53,083 bases of DNA from Candidatus Omnitrophota bacterium. Its GTDB lineage: Bacteria; Omnitrophota; Gorgyraeia; VGKH01. Every line of letters begins with the position of its first letter. Within the stretch, counting starts at the first letter, position 1. Shown in pieces: positions 41,733-52,165 of this stretch. The stretch is from NCBI GenBank assembly GCA_016867135.1, contig VGKH01000004.1:1-53083 (forward strand). Direction: 5' to 3'. The notes beneath the pieces were generated by a model that saw only the letters and a program-made list of their open reading frames with translations, made no database searches and was not told where the DNA came from. Made by a program: the position numbers and the translations under genes.

Positions 41733-42610
41733 TGTTTACGCCAAGACGATTTCCTGCTTTTCTGATGCTTTTGTTATTGTTTGCAGCCATCGGTTGCGAA
41801 AAGATGGCCGCGGTCAAAAACAATGACCAGAATATTCCAGTTAAAGTAAAAAAAGTCGAACTTACGGATTTAGCCAAGACTCTTGAGTATGTAGGAAGTA
41901 TCAAAGCCCAGGATGAAGCAAAGGTTTATCCTAAGGTTAGCGGGAAGATTATTGAGAAACTAAAGGAGGATGGTAGCATCATAGAAAAAGGCGAGGCTAT
42001 TGCCTTAATCGATAGAGACGAAGTTGGTCTAAAGTTTAAAAAGGCGCCCGTAGAAAGTCCTATATCGGGAATCATCGGTAGGGTTTATGTTGATATCGGA
42101 GCAAGCGTAACCTCTCAGACCGCTATCGCATTGGTAATAAAAATGGACAAGGTAAAAATAAACTTAGATATACCGGAAAAGTATCTTCCCAGGGTTTCTT
42201 TGGGGCAAGAGGCCAATATTAGCGTTGATGCATATCCGCAAGAAAAATTTATTGGTTTAGTTACCAAGATAAGTCCGGTATTGAATTTAGAGAATCGGGC
42301 AGCGCCAATTGAAATTACAATTGAGAATACGGATCATCGCCTACAATCTGGGATGTTTGCCAAAGTTGAATTAGTCATCGAAGAATTTAAGAATGTCCTT
42401 ACGATTTTAAAAGAATCCATTATCGGTAAATACCCAGATACCTATGTTTATGTGATTGAAAATAATAAAGCGGCCTTGAAGAAAATCGTATTAGGGAATA
42501 GACAGGGCTCCAATTATGAAGTTAAGGAAGGGTTAAAAGAAGGAGAGCCGGTAGTTATTATCGGCCAGCAAAGGCTTTTTGAAGGTGCCCAAGTAAAGGC
42601 AGAAGAGTAA
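41732..42610 (+). CDS. RND efflux membrane fusion protein
   Basis: AIGC lipobox; PKVSGKI, SPISGII and LQSGMFA. Confidence 0.9.
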   Translation: MFTPRRFPAFLMLLLLFAAIGCEKMAAVKNNDQNIPVKVKKVELTDLAKTLEYVGSIKAQDEAKVYPKVSGKIIEKLKEDGSIIEKGEAIALIDRDEVGLKFKKAPVESPISGIIGRVYVDIGASVTSQTAIALVIKMDKVKINLDIPEKYLPRVSLGQEANISVDAYPQEKFIGLVTKISPVLNLENRAAPIEITIENTDHRLQSGMFAKVELVIEEFKNVLTILKESIIGKYPDTYVYVIENNKAALKKIVLGNRQGSNYEVKEGLKEGEPVVIIGQQRLFEGAQVKAEE

Positions 42611-42626
42611 TGAAAGGTTTAACGGG

Positions 42627-45600
42627 ATGAATCTTCCAGAATTTGGCGTTAGAAGGCCGGTAACAAACTTAATGATATTTTTTGCCATTATCGTTTTGGC
42701 CGCCTATAGCCTTACGCGTTTAGGCATTGATATGATGCCGAAAATTGAACCGCCATCAATAACTGTAATTTCGTCTTATCCCGGAGCTAGCCCTGAAGAT
42801 GTCGAGGCTAATGTTACCGAGCCCCTGGAGAACCAGCTTGCCACTACGCCTGGAATCGAGAAAATTACTTCCAGTTCGTCCGAAGGTGTCTCAATGATCA
42901 GGCTTAAATTTGTCTGGGGAACAAATTTAGATGCCGCCTCCAATGATATACGCGACCGCATCGAATTGGCAAAACGCCAGCTTCCCGATATCCCCGACGA
43001 GATGGATAACCCTTACATCTTTAAATTTAATACCGCCAGTATCCCGATTATGTTTTTTGGTATAACCGCCAAGGAATCATATTCTGATTTATACGATTTG
43101 GTTGATAAACGGGTTGCCGATGCTATCAGGCAACTACCAGGAGTCGGGACAGTTAATCTGTTTGGCGGTTTAAAACGCCAGATTAATATCTGGATAGACC
43201 GTCAACGTTTGGAAGGATACGGCCTTTCCATTTTGGATATTCAGAATGCCTTAAGCCTGGAAAATATTCAACAACCATTAGGAAAAATCAAGACGGGATT
43301 AACCGACTATCTCATTCGTCTGCCGGGAGAATTTGCTTCTCCTGATGAGATTAATCTAGTTATAATTGGAAAAAGTAACGGAAATTTTATCTATCTGAAG
43401 GATGTTGCCAGGGTTGAAGATAGTTTTAAAGAAGTCACATTAAATGTGCGCATCAATAAACAGCCTGGCCTTATGATGATGGTACAAAAGCAAAGCGACA
43501 CCAACAGCGTTCAGGTCGCTGAAAGAATCAAAGCTAAACTTAAGGAGTTGGAAAAAGTCCTGCCTAGCGATATAAAGATTAATACCATATTTGATACTTC
43601 TGAAGATATAATTACTTCGCTCAATTCACTTAAATCTACGCTTTGGCTGGGTATTGTCTTGGTTATTTTTGTGGTTTGGTTCTTCTTAAGACATATTACC
43701 CCTAGTTTCATTATTGCTTTAACTATACCTTTCTCGCTTTTGATTGCTTTTATCTATCTATTTTTAAGCGGCCGTACCATTAACGTTATCAGTCTTTCTT
43801 CGTTGGTAATTGTAGCCGGTATGGTTGTAGATAACGCTATTGTGGTCGTCGACAATATCTATAGAAAACTGGAAAGAGGGAACCGTCCGGTTGAGGCAGC
43901 TTTGTTTGGAACCCGAGAAATGTTTTTGTCTATCGCCGCAGCCACATTTACTACCATTGTTGTATTTCTACCGATGTTATTTCTGCCTGGCGTAATCGGC
44001 ATTATGTTTGGGGAAATGGCAGTAATTGTTACCGCAACGCTTATAGGTTCTTTGTTTACCGCTTCTACATTCAGTCCGATGCTTTGTTCGAAAATAATGA
44101 AGAAGCCGTATGGGATAGAAAAACGGTCCAAGTTTTTTACCAGGTTTTATAATTTAGCCGAAAAGATGTTTAAAACTTGGGAAGAATTCTATTCCCGGCA
44201 GTTAGCTTGGTGCCTGGGGCATAAGAAATTAGTGGTCGGCGGTTTCTTGGTTGCTTTTGTCACCAGTTTATTCTTGACTCCTTTTGTCGGCAATGAGTTT
44301 GCTCCCGAGGAAGATACCGGAGATTTGCGTTTGACTATTAGCCTTCCTTTGGGTACACGGCTGGAAGAATCGGAGAAGGTTTCTAACCGGATCGAAGATA
44401 TTTTAGCTAATAACATTCCCGAGGCTAAATTCTATTATGCTCGTACCGGAGAAGTCCCAGGGCAAGGAAGAGGTATGGGCAAGGCATCCGGAACGCATAT
44501 AATTACGGCTGGGGCTAAGCTTGTAGCTAAGGATATAAGAAAACGTTCTGTTTTTGATGTTGGTCAGGATTTAAGAGAAAGGATTAAGCAGGTTCCGGGG
44601 GTATTAAAGATTGATATTTCATCTGGTAACCCTATTGGCCGTGTTATCACCGGCATGGGAGGCAAGGCAGTCCAAATTGATATTATCGGCAACTCTTTTG
44701 ACGAAACCGATCAGGTCGCTTCGCAGATTAAGCAGATAATGGAGAAAATACCAGGGGCGGTTGATGTTACCGTTTCTCGCGAATTTCGTCGACCAGAAAT
44801 AAAAATTGAAGTAGACCGCGAAAAATCCGCCAGCCTTGGCCTTAACATGAATACCATTGCTAGCAGTCTTAGGACTTACATTGCCGGAAGCACCGCTACT
44901 AAATATCGCGAGAAAGGCGAAACTTACGATATTTATGTGAGGCTTGAAGAATCTTCCCGTTCAAAAATTGAGGATATTGAGAATATGTCTATCGTCTCGC
45001 CAGTTACTAAAAAACAAATTAGGCTTTCCAATATTGCAAAGATTTATGAAGGTTATGGGCCTGTAGATATCGAACGCAAGAACCGCGAAAGAGTTGTTAC
45101 GGTTGAATGCAATACCTATAAACGTTCCTCGGGAAAGGTTATTGAAGATATCAAAAAAGAATTAAGAAATATGACTTTTCCTTCCGATGTCATGATAAAT
45201 TTTGGCGGTGAGGCTGAAGAGCAAGCCAAGGCTTTCAGGGATCTGGGGCTTTTATTATTATTGGGTATTGTTTTGGTCTATATGATTATGGCTGCGCAGT
45301 TTGAATCACTGCTAGACCCATTTATCGTCATGTTTTCTATACCTTTTACCTTTGTCGGCGTTATAGTCGCATTTATAATTACCAGAACTACATTAAGCAT
45401 AGTAAGCTATTTGGGAATTATTATGTTGATGGGAATCGTGGTTAATAATGCTATTGTTTTAATAAGCTATATTATTATTTTGCGTTCTAGGGGTTTGTCA
45501 ATGTATGATGCAGTCACTAATGCCGGTAGGGATAGGTTGAGGCCGGTAATGATGACTACCATCACGACATTGGTAAGTTTATTGCCTTTGGCTCTTTCCA

Positions 45601-45743
45601 GGGGCCAAGGTTCTGAGACCTGGAACCCTTTGGGTATCACCATGTTTGGCGGATTATTGGTTTCGACTTTGATTACCATGCTTTTTGTGCCCACACTTTA
45701 TGCCATCTTCCATAGAAAAGCGACGATAAAGGAGGTCAAATGA
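42627..45743 (+). CDS. RND efflux permease (AcrB/AcrD/AcrF family)
   Basis: 1038 aa; GMVVDNAIVVVDNI and RLRPVMMT. Confidence 0.95.
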   Translation: MNLPEFGVRRPVTNLMIFFAIIVLAAYSLTRLGIDMMPKIEPPSITVISSYPGASPEDVEANVTEPLENQLATTPGIEKITSSSSEGVSMIRLKFVWGTNLDAASNDIRDRIELAKRQLPDIPDEMDNPYIFKFNTASIPIMFFGITAKESYSDLYDLVDKRVADAIRQLPGVGTVNLFGGLKRQINIWIDRQRLEGYGLSILDIQNALSLENIQQPLGKIKTGLTDYLIRLPGEFASPDEINLVIIGKSNGNFIYLKDVARVEDSFKEVTLNVRINKQPGLMMMVQKQSDTNSVQVAERIKAKLKELEKVLPSDIKINTIFDTSEDIITSLNSLKSTLWLGIVLVIFVVWFFLRHITPSFIIALTIPFSLLIAFIYLFLSGRTINVISLSSLVIVAGMVVDNAIVVVDNIYRKLERGNRPVEAALFGTREMFLSIAAATFTTIVVFLPMLFLPGVIGIMFGEMAVIVTATLIGSLFTASTFSPMLCSKIMKKPYGIEKRSKFFTRFYNLAEKMFKTWEEFYSRQLAWCLGHKKLVVGGFLVAFVTSLFLTPFVGNEFAPEEDTGDLRLTISLPLGTRLEESEKVSNRIEDILANNIPEAKFYYARTGEVPGQGRGMGKASGTHIITAGAKLVAKDIRKRSVFDVGQDLRERIKQVPGVLKIDISSGNPIGRVITGMGGKAVQIDIIGNSFDETDQVASQIKQIMEKIPGAVDVTVSREFRRPEIKIEVDREKSASLGLNMNTIASSLRTYIAGSTATKYREKGETYDIYVRLEESSRSKIEDIENMSIVSPVTKKQIRLSNIAKIYEGYGPVDIERKNRERVVTVECNTYKRSSGKVIEDIKKELRNMTFPSDVMINFGGEAEEQAKAFRDLGLLLLLGIVLVYMIMAAQFESLLDPFIVMFSIPFTFVGVIVAFIITRTTLSIVSYLGIIMLMGIVVNNAIVLISYIIILRSRGLSMYDAVTNAGRDRLRPVMMTTITTLVSLLPLALSRGQGSETWNPLGITMFGGLLVSTLITMLFVPTLYAIFHRKATIKEVK

Positions 45744-45911
45744 AGACGCAATTTACGGAACAAAGTGACGTAAATTGCTGGTCTGAATTTGACCCCCACA
45801 CCAATTGACTTAGAGACAAAACTAAATTTCCAATTGGTGTGGGGGTTTACTTCGCGCATATAACTTACTCGTCCAGCAATCTCTGGACTCGTAAGTTATG
45901 CGCTCATTAAA
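45736..45911. repeat. Composite hairpin repeat, copy 1
   Basis: AATGA-hairpin, ACCCCCACACCAATTG inverted-repeat core (45792-45846), inverted hairpin-TCATT. Confidence 0.8.
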
Positions 45912-45925
45912 GGGGGCAAAATAGT

Positions 45926-46219
45926 ATGAATCGAATGGTTATGATTGTCTATAACGAAGCTATTGATATGGAAGTTATGGAAATTATGGCAAAATGCCCG
46001 ATGAAGAACTATACCAAGATTAATAGCGTATATGGTTCAGGGGAAACTTCCGGAACGCATATGGGAGACGATATCTGGCCAGGGAGAAATAATATTTTAT
46101 ATATTGCCTGCAATGAAACCGAGGCAAAAAATTTAGTCAGTTGTGTGAAAAGCCTGCGTGGCAGCTTAGGTAAAGAAGGCGTGAAGGCCTTTGTTTGGGA
46201 ATTAAAAGAGGTAACGTAG
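45926..46219 (+). CDS. PG0541-like (P-II-like) transporter-associated protein
   Basis: NYTKINSVYGSGETSGTHMGDDIWPGRN, downstream of the RND gene. Confidence 0.78.
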   Translation: MNRMVMIVYNEAIDMEVMEIMAKCPMKNYTKINSVYGSGETSGTHMGDDIWPGRNNILYIACNETEAKNLVSCVKSLRGSLGKEGVKAFVWELKEVT

Positions 46220-46243
46220 TTTATTAAATTAGATTTCGATTCA

Positions 46244-46282
46244 GGGGCGTCCCGACGAAACGTCGGGACGCCCCATTTTTTT
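46244..46282 (+). terminator. Intrinsic terminator
   Basis: GGGGCGTCCCGACG/CGTCGGGACGCCCC plus T-run. Confidence 0.85.
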
Positions 46283-46439
46283 ATTCCAATACCATGCCTT
46301 TGCCCATTAGCAAATAAAGCTTGACAGTTGAGAATATATTAATAAAATAATTATAGGTGTGTAATTATCCTACATACCGAAATAAGATTTTGTTTCAATT
46401 TAAATCCAGCAATATTTTTATAGAAACCAATCCATAAAA

Positions 46440-46655
46440 ATGATAGAGAAGAATATTAATAGCGAAAATATTAATCAGTGTTGGGAGTTTTGGAAATGCC
46501 CCAAGCCAAAAAGGGAGCAGTGTAAAGCTTTTCAATTACACATGGGCGATCAATGTTATAATGTTAGCCATGATTTCCGGCCCCAGAGACAACGGGAATT
46601 TGATGATTGTTTTGATTGCCCTTGGTTCCGTATATCGAAACCGCAGTTAAAGTAG
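46440..46655 (+). CDS. Small Cys-rich protein (two-CW-domain-like)
   Basis: CWEFWKC-x7-CKAF...GDQC...CFDCPWF. Confidence 0.65.
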   Translation: MIEKNINSENINQCWEFWKCPKPKREQCKAFQLHMGDQCYNVSHDFRPQRQREFDDCFDCPWFRISKPQLK

Positions 46656-46694
46656 ATTTATGCTCTGGCTGAGAGCTTAAATTAATCCTACCCA

Positions 46695-46900
46695 TTCGTC
46701 CTTGATACATTCGGCGACCCTTTGATAAGATTGTCCAGGGTCGCTCTTCCCTCGCTTTGCTCGGGACTGTTCGAGGGACACTGAGCGAAGCGAACGTGCA
46801 GTATCAACACTGAAGTATACCTTTGATAAATTTAGAAGACAAATCCCGATGTCTGTCTTGTGCTATCAGGTTTGCCATCGGGGTATACGAATGTGTTGAT
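46695..46900. repeat. Nested REP-like palindromes
   Basis: GCGACCCT/AGGGTCGC; CTGAGCGAAGCGAA; ATCAACAC..GTATACC/GGTATAC..GTGTTGAT. Confidence 0.55.
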
Positions 46901-46932
46901 TTCTAACCTAACTTAAGATATCATATTGACTA

Positions 46933-47454
46933 ATGAAATCGCCAAGAAAACAAGCTTTTTTAGATACAATTCGCAGCCGAAGAAGCATCCGCCAGTATCT
47001 TAAAGATTCTCCGAAAGATAATGAGATTGAGGAGATTTTAGAGGCTGGACGTTGGGCGCCTTCGGGATTGAATAATCAGCCTTGGCGGTTTGTGGTAGTC
47101 AAAAATAAAGTTATCAAGAGCAAGCTGGCGCTATTGACTAAATATGCGCGGGTCATAAACGGGGCGCCGATTGCCATTTGCATTTTTTTGGATTCAGGTT
47201 CAAGTTATAACCGGGATAAGGATATTCTGGCAATCGGCGCCTGCATCCAAAACATGCTACTTTGCGCCCACGCGCAGGGATTGGCTACCTGCTGGCTGGG
47301 AGAAATCCTTAACAAAAAAGATGAGGTTAGCGCTCTTTTGGATGTAGGCTTGGATTACGAGCTAATGGCAGTTATTACGCTGGGATATTCAGATGAGCAG
47401 CTAACAAAAAGTTGCCGAAAATCACTAAAGAGCTTAATTTTAGGAGAGTATTAA
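46933..47454 (+). CDS. Nitroreductase family protein
   Basis: RRSIR, APSGLNNQPW and GLATCW. Confidence 0.92.
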   Translation: MKSPRKQAFLDTIRSRRSIRQYLKDSPKDNEIEEILEAGRWAPSGLNNQPWRFVVVKNKVIKSKLALLTKYARVINGAPIAICIFLDSGSSYNRDKDILAIGACIQNMLLCAHAQGLATCWLGEILNKKDEVSALLDVGLDYELMAVITLGYSDEQLTKSCRKSLKSLILGEY

Positions 47455-47455
47455 A

Positions 47456-47767
47456 ATGAAAAAAGCGAAGTTAAGGTCTGATTTAAAAGGTTTGTCTAAA
47501 TTATGCCATAAGATTGCCCGCCAAAAAGGTTTCTGGGACAGCAAAAGAAATATCGGCGAGATGCTAATGCTTGTTGTCACCGAGCTTTCCGAGGCGATGG
47601 AGGCCCATAGAACCCAGGATAAAGCCAATTTTAACGAAGAGATTGCAGACACCTTTATCCGGCTTTTTGATTTATGCGGAGGCATGAAAATCGATATATT
47701 AAAAGAAATAGAAAAGAAAATGCATAAGAATCAAAAGCGCCCTTACAAGCACGGTAAGGTTTGTTAG
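47456..47767 (+). CDS. MazG-like nucleotide pyrophosphohydrolase
   Basis: TELSEAMEA...EEIADTFIRLFD and RPYKHGK. Confidence 0.82.
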   Translation: MKKAKLRSDLKGLSKLCHKIARQKGFWDSKRNIGEMLMLVVTELSEAMEAHRTQDKANFNEEIADTFIRLFDLCGGMKIDILKEIEKKMHKNQKRPYKHGKVC

Positions 47768-47784
47768 GATAAAAAGGTATTTTA

Positions 47785-48204
47785 ATGAAAGAAGATTTTT
47801 TTAGCAAAATTGAAGAGATCGTGACCAAAGACCCCCGCTACAAAGAAGAGGCCTATGAATTTGTAATGAGGGCATTAGCTTTTACCCAGAAGAATTTCAG
47901 GCGACAAGGCCATGTTACGGGCAAAGAGCTTCTGGAGGGTATTAAGGAATATTGTTTTGAGGAATTCGGAACCATGGCAAAATCCGTCCTTGAGCATTGG
48001 GGTATAAGCAAGACCGAGGATTTCGGCCATATAGTTTTTAACATGGTTAATAACGGCTTATTAAAAAAGACCGATGAAGATAAAATAGAAGATTTTAGAA
48101 ACATCTACGATTTTAATGATGTTTTTGAACATGGCTATAGACAGAGATTCCAGGAAGAAATCAAGAAGCATTTAAAAGATAAGTCAAATGAAGCCACGAC
48201 TTAG
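47785..48204 (+). CDS. Minf_1886-like PVC conserved protein
   Basis: DPRYKEEAYEFV, HVTGKELLEG and WGISKTEDFGHIVF. Confidence 0.8.
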   Translation: MKEDFFSKIEEIVTKDPRYKEEAYEFVMRALAFTQKNFRRQGHVTGKELLEGIKEYCFEEFGTMAKSVLEHWGISKTEDFGHIVFNMVNNGLLKKTDEDKIEDFRNIYDFNDVFEHGYRQRFQEEIKKHLKDKSNEATT

Positions 48205-48374
48205 CGAACCTGCCTGTCTGCCGGCAGGCGAAAGTGAAGCTAAGTCGTCTGGCTGAATTTGACCCCCACACCAATTGACTTAGAGACAAAACTAAATTTC
48301 CAATTGGTGTGGGGGTTTAATCCGCGCGCACAATTTACGTTCACTAACGTTCCGTAAATTGTGCGCTCATTAAA
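48184..48374. repeat. Composite hairpin repeat, copy 2
   Basis: 67 bp (48253-48319) identical to 45783-45849; flanking hairpins diverged but still paired. Confidence 0.8.
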
Positions 48375-48383
48375 GGAGTAGTT

Positions 48384-48803
48384 ATGACTGCATTTCATTG
48401 GGCATTGTTGACGGCATTTTTCTGGGGCGCAGCCCCTTTATTTGAGAAATTCGGGATTTCTAAGATTGAACCTTTTTCCGGTTTGATATTGAGATGCCTA
48501 GGAGTAGTATTGGGGTTAATCCTTGTTATTATATTCAGAACCCAGTCGATAAAAGAGGCTTTGGCAGCTAAGCCGCAAACAGTCATATTTATTATGCTCG
48601 GGGGGATATTGGCAAGCGTCGTGGGGCAGATGTTTTTTTATCGCGCTTTAAAGCTAGGCGAGTTGTCCAAAGTGGTCCCTGTGGCAGCGGGCTATCCGAT
48701 TATTTCCTTTATTTTGGGAGTAATTTTTTTGTCGGAAAAAGTTACGCTTGCTAAAATTTCCGGGGTAAGCTTGGTAATCTTAGGCGTAGTCCTTCTCAGG
48801 TGA
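48384..48803 (+). CDS. EamA family transporter (single domain)
   Basis: FWGAAPLFEK, ALKLGELSKVVP and LSEKVT. Confidence 0.88.
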   Translation: MTAFHWALLTAFFWGAAPLFEKFGISKIEPFSGLILRCLGVVLGLILVIIFRTQSIKEALAAKPQTVIFIMLGGILASVVGQMFFYRALKLGELSKVVPVAAGYPIISFILGVIFLSEKVTLAKISGVSLVILGVVLLR

Positions 48804-48852
48804 AGCTTTAAGATTACAATCCGCAATAAACCTTCATTCACAAAGAATATTT

Positions 48853-50949
48853 ATGTCTCAAGAAAACAAACTCAATAGTCCGATTCAGTATTTAAAGGGC
48901 GTGGGTCCTAAAAGATCAAAAATCCTAAAAAACTTTGGGATAGAGACCATTGAGGATCTGTTTTACTATTTCCCCAGAAGATACGAAGACAGGACCAATT
49001 TTGTTTCTATAAGCCAACTCAAAGAGAAAGAATACCAGACGATTAAGGGCGAAGTTTTTATTAAAGGCGAAAGAAAGTCTTGGAGGCGACGCGGCTTTAG
49101 CATTTTTCAGCTTATGGTACGAGATAAAACGGGCAAGATATCAGCAGTCTGGTTTAACCAGCCTTATTTAAAGAAACTTTTCAAAAACGGACAAAGCGTA
49201 ATTTTCTACGGACGCATAGAAAGATACGAAGGGGCTTTGCAGATTAATTCTCCGGAATTTGAAATCCTAGATGAAAAAGATAAAGAGGAGGAAAGTTTAA
49301 ATCTTGGTCGGATGGTCCCGGTTTATTCTCTGTCTGAAGGGATAAGCCAGAGGTATTTTAGAAAATTGATCAAGCATACTTTAGATGATTTTATCTCTAA
49401 AATTCAAGAGCCCCTGCCTTATGATATCCGTAAACGCCAGGACCTGCTTAATCTAGCTCAGAGTATCATCAATATTCATTTCCCGGAAGATAAAGCAATC
49501 CAGCAAAAGGCCTACCAGCGTCTCGCCTTTGAAGAATTTTTCTTTTATTCTATTCCCGTTGCCTTAAGAAAGCTTAATACCAAGCAAAAACAGGGCATAG
49601 CCCATAAAATTGATGAAATTTTCTTAACGCAGTTTATCCAAAGTTTAAACTTCAGACTTACATCGGCGCAAGAAAGGGTCTTGGCAGAAATCAAAAAGGA
49701 TATGCAATCGCCACAGCCGATGCATCGATTATTGCAGGGCGATGTGGGTTCGGGAAAGACGGTTGTCGCAGTGATTTCTGCGATTATCGCTTCCTCCGGA
49801 GGCTGGCAGGTTGCGTTTATGGTTCCGACGGAAATATTGGCAAATCAGCATTATGAAAATATCCAGAAGCAGATTAAAAGGCTTTCTAAAAAAATAAATC
49901 TGGCTTTGTTGACCAGTAGCCTAGAAGACAAAGACAAGCAAAAGCTTTATAGAGAAATTCGGGAAGGAAAGATCGATCTGGTTATCGGGACGCACGCCTT
50001 AATCCAGGAAGAATTGAAATTCAAGAAATTAGGCTTGGTGGTGATTGATGAGCAACATAAGTTCGGAGTTTCCCAGCGTGCGCTTCTGCCCAAGAAAGGA
50101 ACTAATCCCGACGTTTTGATTATGACCGCAACTCCGATTCCCCGGACACTTTCCATGACCATTTACGGAGATTTAGATATTTCTGTGATTGACCAGCTTC
50201 CGCCGGGAAGAGTTCCGGTTGAGACTCAAGTTTTTCCCGAAGAGAGAATCCCGGAGGTCCATGATTTTATCAAAGAGAAGATTAAAGAAGGCCGCCAGGC
50301 TTATATTGTTTATCCCATTATTGAAGAATCTGACTTTTTAGAATTGAAGGCAGCGCAAAAGATGTATGATGAATTAAGAAAAGGGACATTTAAGGATTTT
50401 CGTCTGGGCATGGTCCACGGAAGATTAAGCCGCCAAAAGCAAGATAAGACTATGATGGATTTTAAGAATGGCAAACTTGATATTTTGGTTGCTACAACTG
50501 TCCTGGAGGTAGGGATCGATGTGGCAAATGCCTCGGTATTGGTGATTGAGCATGCGGAAAGATTTGGCCTGGCGCAGTTGCATCAATTGCGCGGCCGTAT
50601 CGGACGAGGACAATATCAATCTTATTGTATTTTGATTGCCAATCCTCAAAGTCCCGATGCAATCTCCCGGATCAATGCAATTTCCAGCATGAGCGATGGT
50701 TTTCAGATTGCCGAGGAGGATTTAAAGATCAGGGGGCCGGGAGAATTTTTCGGCCAGCGCCAGCACGGGCTTTCCGAGTTAAAAATAGCCAATCCTATCA
50801 CCCAGCTCAATATCTTGCAAAAGGCAAGGGAAGAAGCGATGAAATTGATCGAGCAGGATCGCAATTTATCTTCAAGGACTAATTTGGTTATAAGAGAGAA
50901 ACTTAATAAAACCTTCCCTGAGTTTCAGGATCTGATGTTGGTAGGCTAA
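48853..50949 (+). CDS. recG: ATP-dependent DNA helicase RecG
   Basis: LQGDVGSGKT, DEQH, MTATPIPRT and QLRGRIGRG. Confidence 0.97.
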   Translation: MSQENKLNSPIQYLKGVGPKRSKILKNFGIETIEDLFYYFPRRYEDRTNFVSISQLKEKEYQTIKGEVFIKGERKSWRRRGFSIFQLMVRDKTGKISAVWFNQPYLKKLFKNGQSVIFYGRIERYEGALQINSPEFEILDEKDKEEESLNLGRMVPVYSLSEGISQRYFRKLIKHTLDDFISKIQEPLPYDIRKRQDLLNLAQSIINIHFPEDKAIQQKAYQRLAFEEFFFYSIPVALRKLNTKQKQGIAHKIDEIFLTQFIQSLNFRLTSAQERVLAEIKKDMQSPQPMHRLLQGDVGSGKTVVAVISAIIASSGGWQVAFMVPTEILANQHYENIQKQIKRLSKKINLALLTSSLEDKDKQKLYREIREGKIDLVIGTHALIQEELKFKKLGLVVIDEQHKFGVSQRALLPKKGTNPDVLIMTATPIPRTLSMTIYGDLDISVIDQLPPGRVPVETQVFPEERIPEVHDFIKEKIKEGRQAYIVYPIIEESDFLELKAAQKMYDELRKGTFKDFRLGMVHGRLSRQKQDKTMMDFKNGKLDILVATTVLEVGIDVANASVLVIEHAERFGLAQLHQLRGRIGRGQYQSYCILIANPQSPDAISRINAISSMSDGFQIAEEDLKIRGPGEFFGQRQHGLSELKIANPITQLNILQKAREEAMKLIEQDRNLSSRTNLVIREKLNKTFPEFQDLMLVG

Positions 50950-50951
50950 AA

Positions 50952-51515
50952 ATGAGAGTACTTACAGGAAAACTAAAAGGGCGCCCCTTAAAAATGTCTA
51001 AGCCGGATCTTCGTCCCACACAGGACAAGACCAGAAAGGCGATTTTTGATATTTTGGGAGAGGCTGTCGCGGGGGCCCAGTTTCTGGAGTTGTTTGCCGG
51101 CTCTGGCGCAGTGGGTATTGAGGCATTGTCTTGCGGGGCAGGCATGGTTTGGTTCGTGGAAAACGACAGGGAGGCAATTGCTGCCTTAAGAGATAACCTT
51201 TCCGGCTTGGGGATTTCTAATTACGAGGTTATACCTAAGGATGCATTCTCGGTTATCGAACAAATGGCCGGGCAAAAAAGAAAGTTTGACATTATTTTTC
51301 TTGATCCGCCTTATTACCAAGATTTAGCGAAAAAATCCTTGCTAAGTTTGGCCTCTTGTGATATATTAAGTCCCTCTGGTTTGGTAATAATCCAGCATTT
51401 TAAGAAAGATATAATTCCTGACAAGACAGACAGTTTAGAGCTTTTTAAGCAAAAGAAATACGGAGACACGCTAGTGTCTTTTTATCAAATGAGACCAAAA
51501 CTTACGGAACGATAG
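50952..51515 (+). CDS. rsmD: 16S rRNA m2G966 methyltransferase
   Basis: LRPT, LFAGSGAVGIEALS and DPPY. Confidence 0.93.
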   Translation: MRVLTGKLKGRPLKMSKPDLRPTQDKTRKAIFDILGEAVAGAQFLELFAGSGAVGIEALSCGAGMVWFVENDREAIAALRDNLSGLGISNYEVIPKDAFSVIEQMAGQKRKFDIIFLDPPYYQDLAKKSLLSLASCDILSPSGLVIIQHFKKDIIPDKTDSLELFKQKKYGDTLVSFYQMRPKLTER

Positions 51516-51670
51516 TGAACGTAAGTTTGTTGGTCGAATTCGACCCCCACACCAATTGATAATTTAGCTTTGTCTATAAGCCAATTGGTGTGGGGGTCAA
51601 TTCCGACATATAATTTACGTCGTCATTCATTTAAACAAAGGGGAACTCCGTAAATTATGTCGTCATTGAA
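51485..51670. repeat. Composite hairpin repeat, copy 3 (core inverted)
   Basis: Same architecture; the core loop is the reverse complement of copies 1 and 2 at 18 of 23 positions. Confidence 0.8.
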
Positions 51671-51682
51671 GGGGGAAATTTA

Positions 51683-52165
51683 ATGTGCCAGAAGGCAATC
51701 TATCCTGGAAGCTTTGATCCGGTCACTTATGGCCATATTGATTTGATTAAGCGGGCGAGCGGGATTTTTGAAGAAGTAGTTGTAGCAGTCGCTCATAATC
51801 CGGCCAAAAATCCGATTTTCTCTGTTAAGGAAAGAGTAGCAATGCTTAAAGAAGCCGTCAAGGGCATGAATAATATTACCGTGGAAGATTTTGACGGCTT
51901 GGTTATTGATTTTGCCAGAAAGAAAAAGATAAGCGTTATTATCCGCGGAGTAAGAATGATTTCCGATTTTGAATATGAATTCCAGATGGCGCTTACCAAC
52001 AGAAGGCTGGCGGCTGATATTGAGACGATATTTCTCATGCCTTCTGAACAGTATTCATTTTTATCATCCAGGCTTCTAAAAGAAGCAGCAGGCCTGGGAG
52101 CAGATCTATCCAGTTTTGTTCCCGCTTCTGTGGAGAAAGAGCTTAAGAAGAAACTGAAGAAATGA
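51683..52165 (+). CDS. coaD: Phosphopantetheine adenylyltransferase
   Basis: YPGSFDPVTYGH and RGVRMISDFEYE. Confidence 0.96.
   Translation: MCQKAIYPGSFDPVTYGHIDLIKRASGIFEEVVVAVAHNPAKNPIFSVKERVAMLKEAVKGMNNITVEDFDGLVIDFARKKKISVIIRGVRMISDFEYEFQMALTNRRLAADIETIFLMPSEQYSFLSSRLLKEAAGLGADLSSFVPASVEKELKKKLKK

Noticed and set aside
45740-45808. 22-aa leader peptide MKTQFTEQ... behind an AGGAGGT
   Set aside because: It is encoded by the repeat element, and the frame is not conserved in the other copies.
45783-51600. Three near-identical palindromic repeats as a CRISPR array
   Set aside because: They are kilobases apart, separated by genes, with no spacers and no cas genes.
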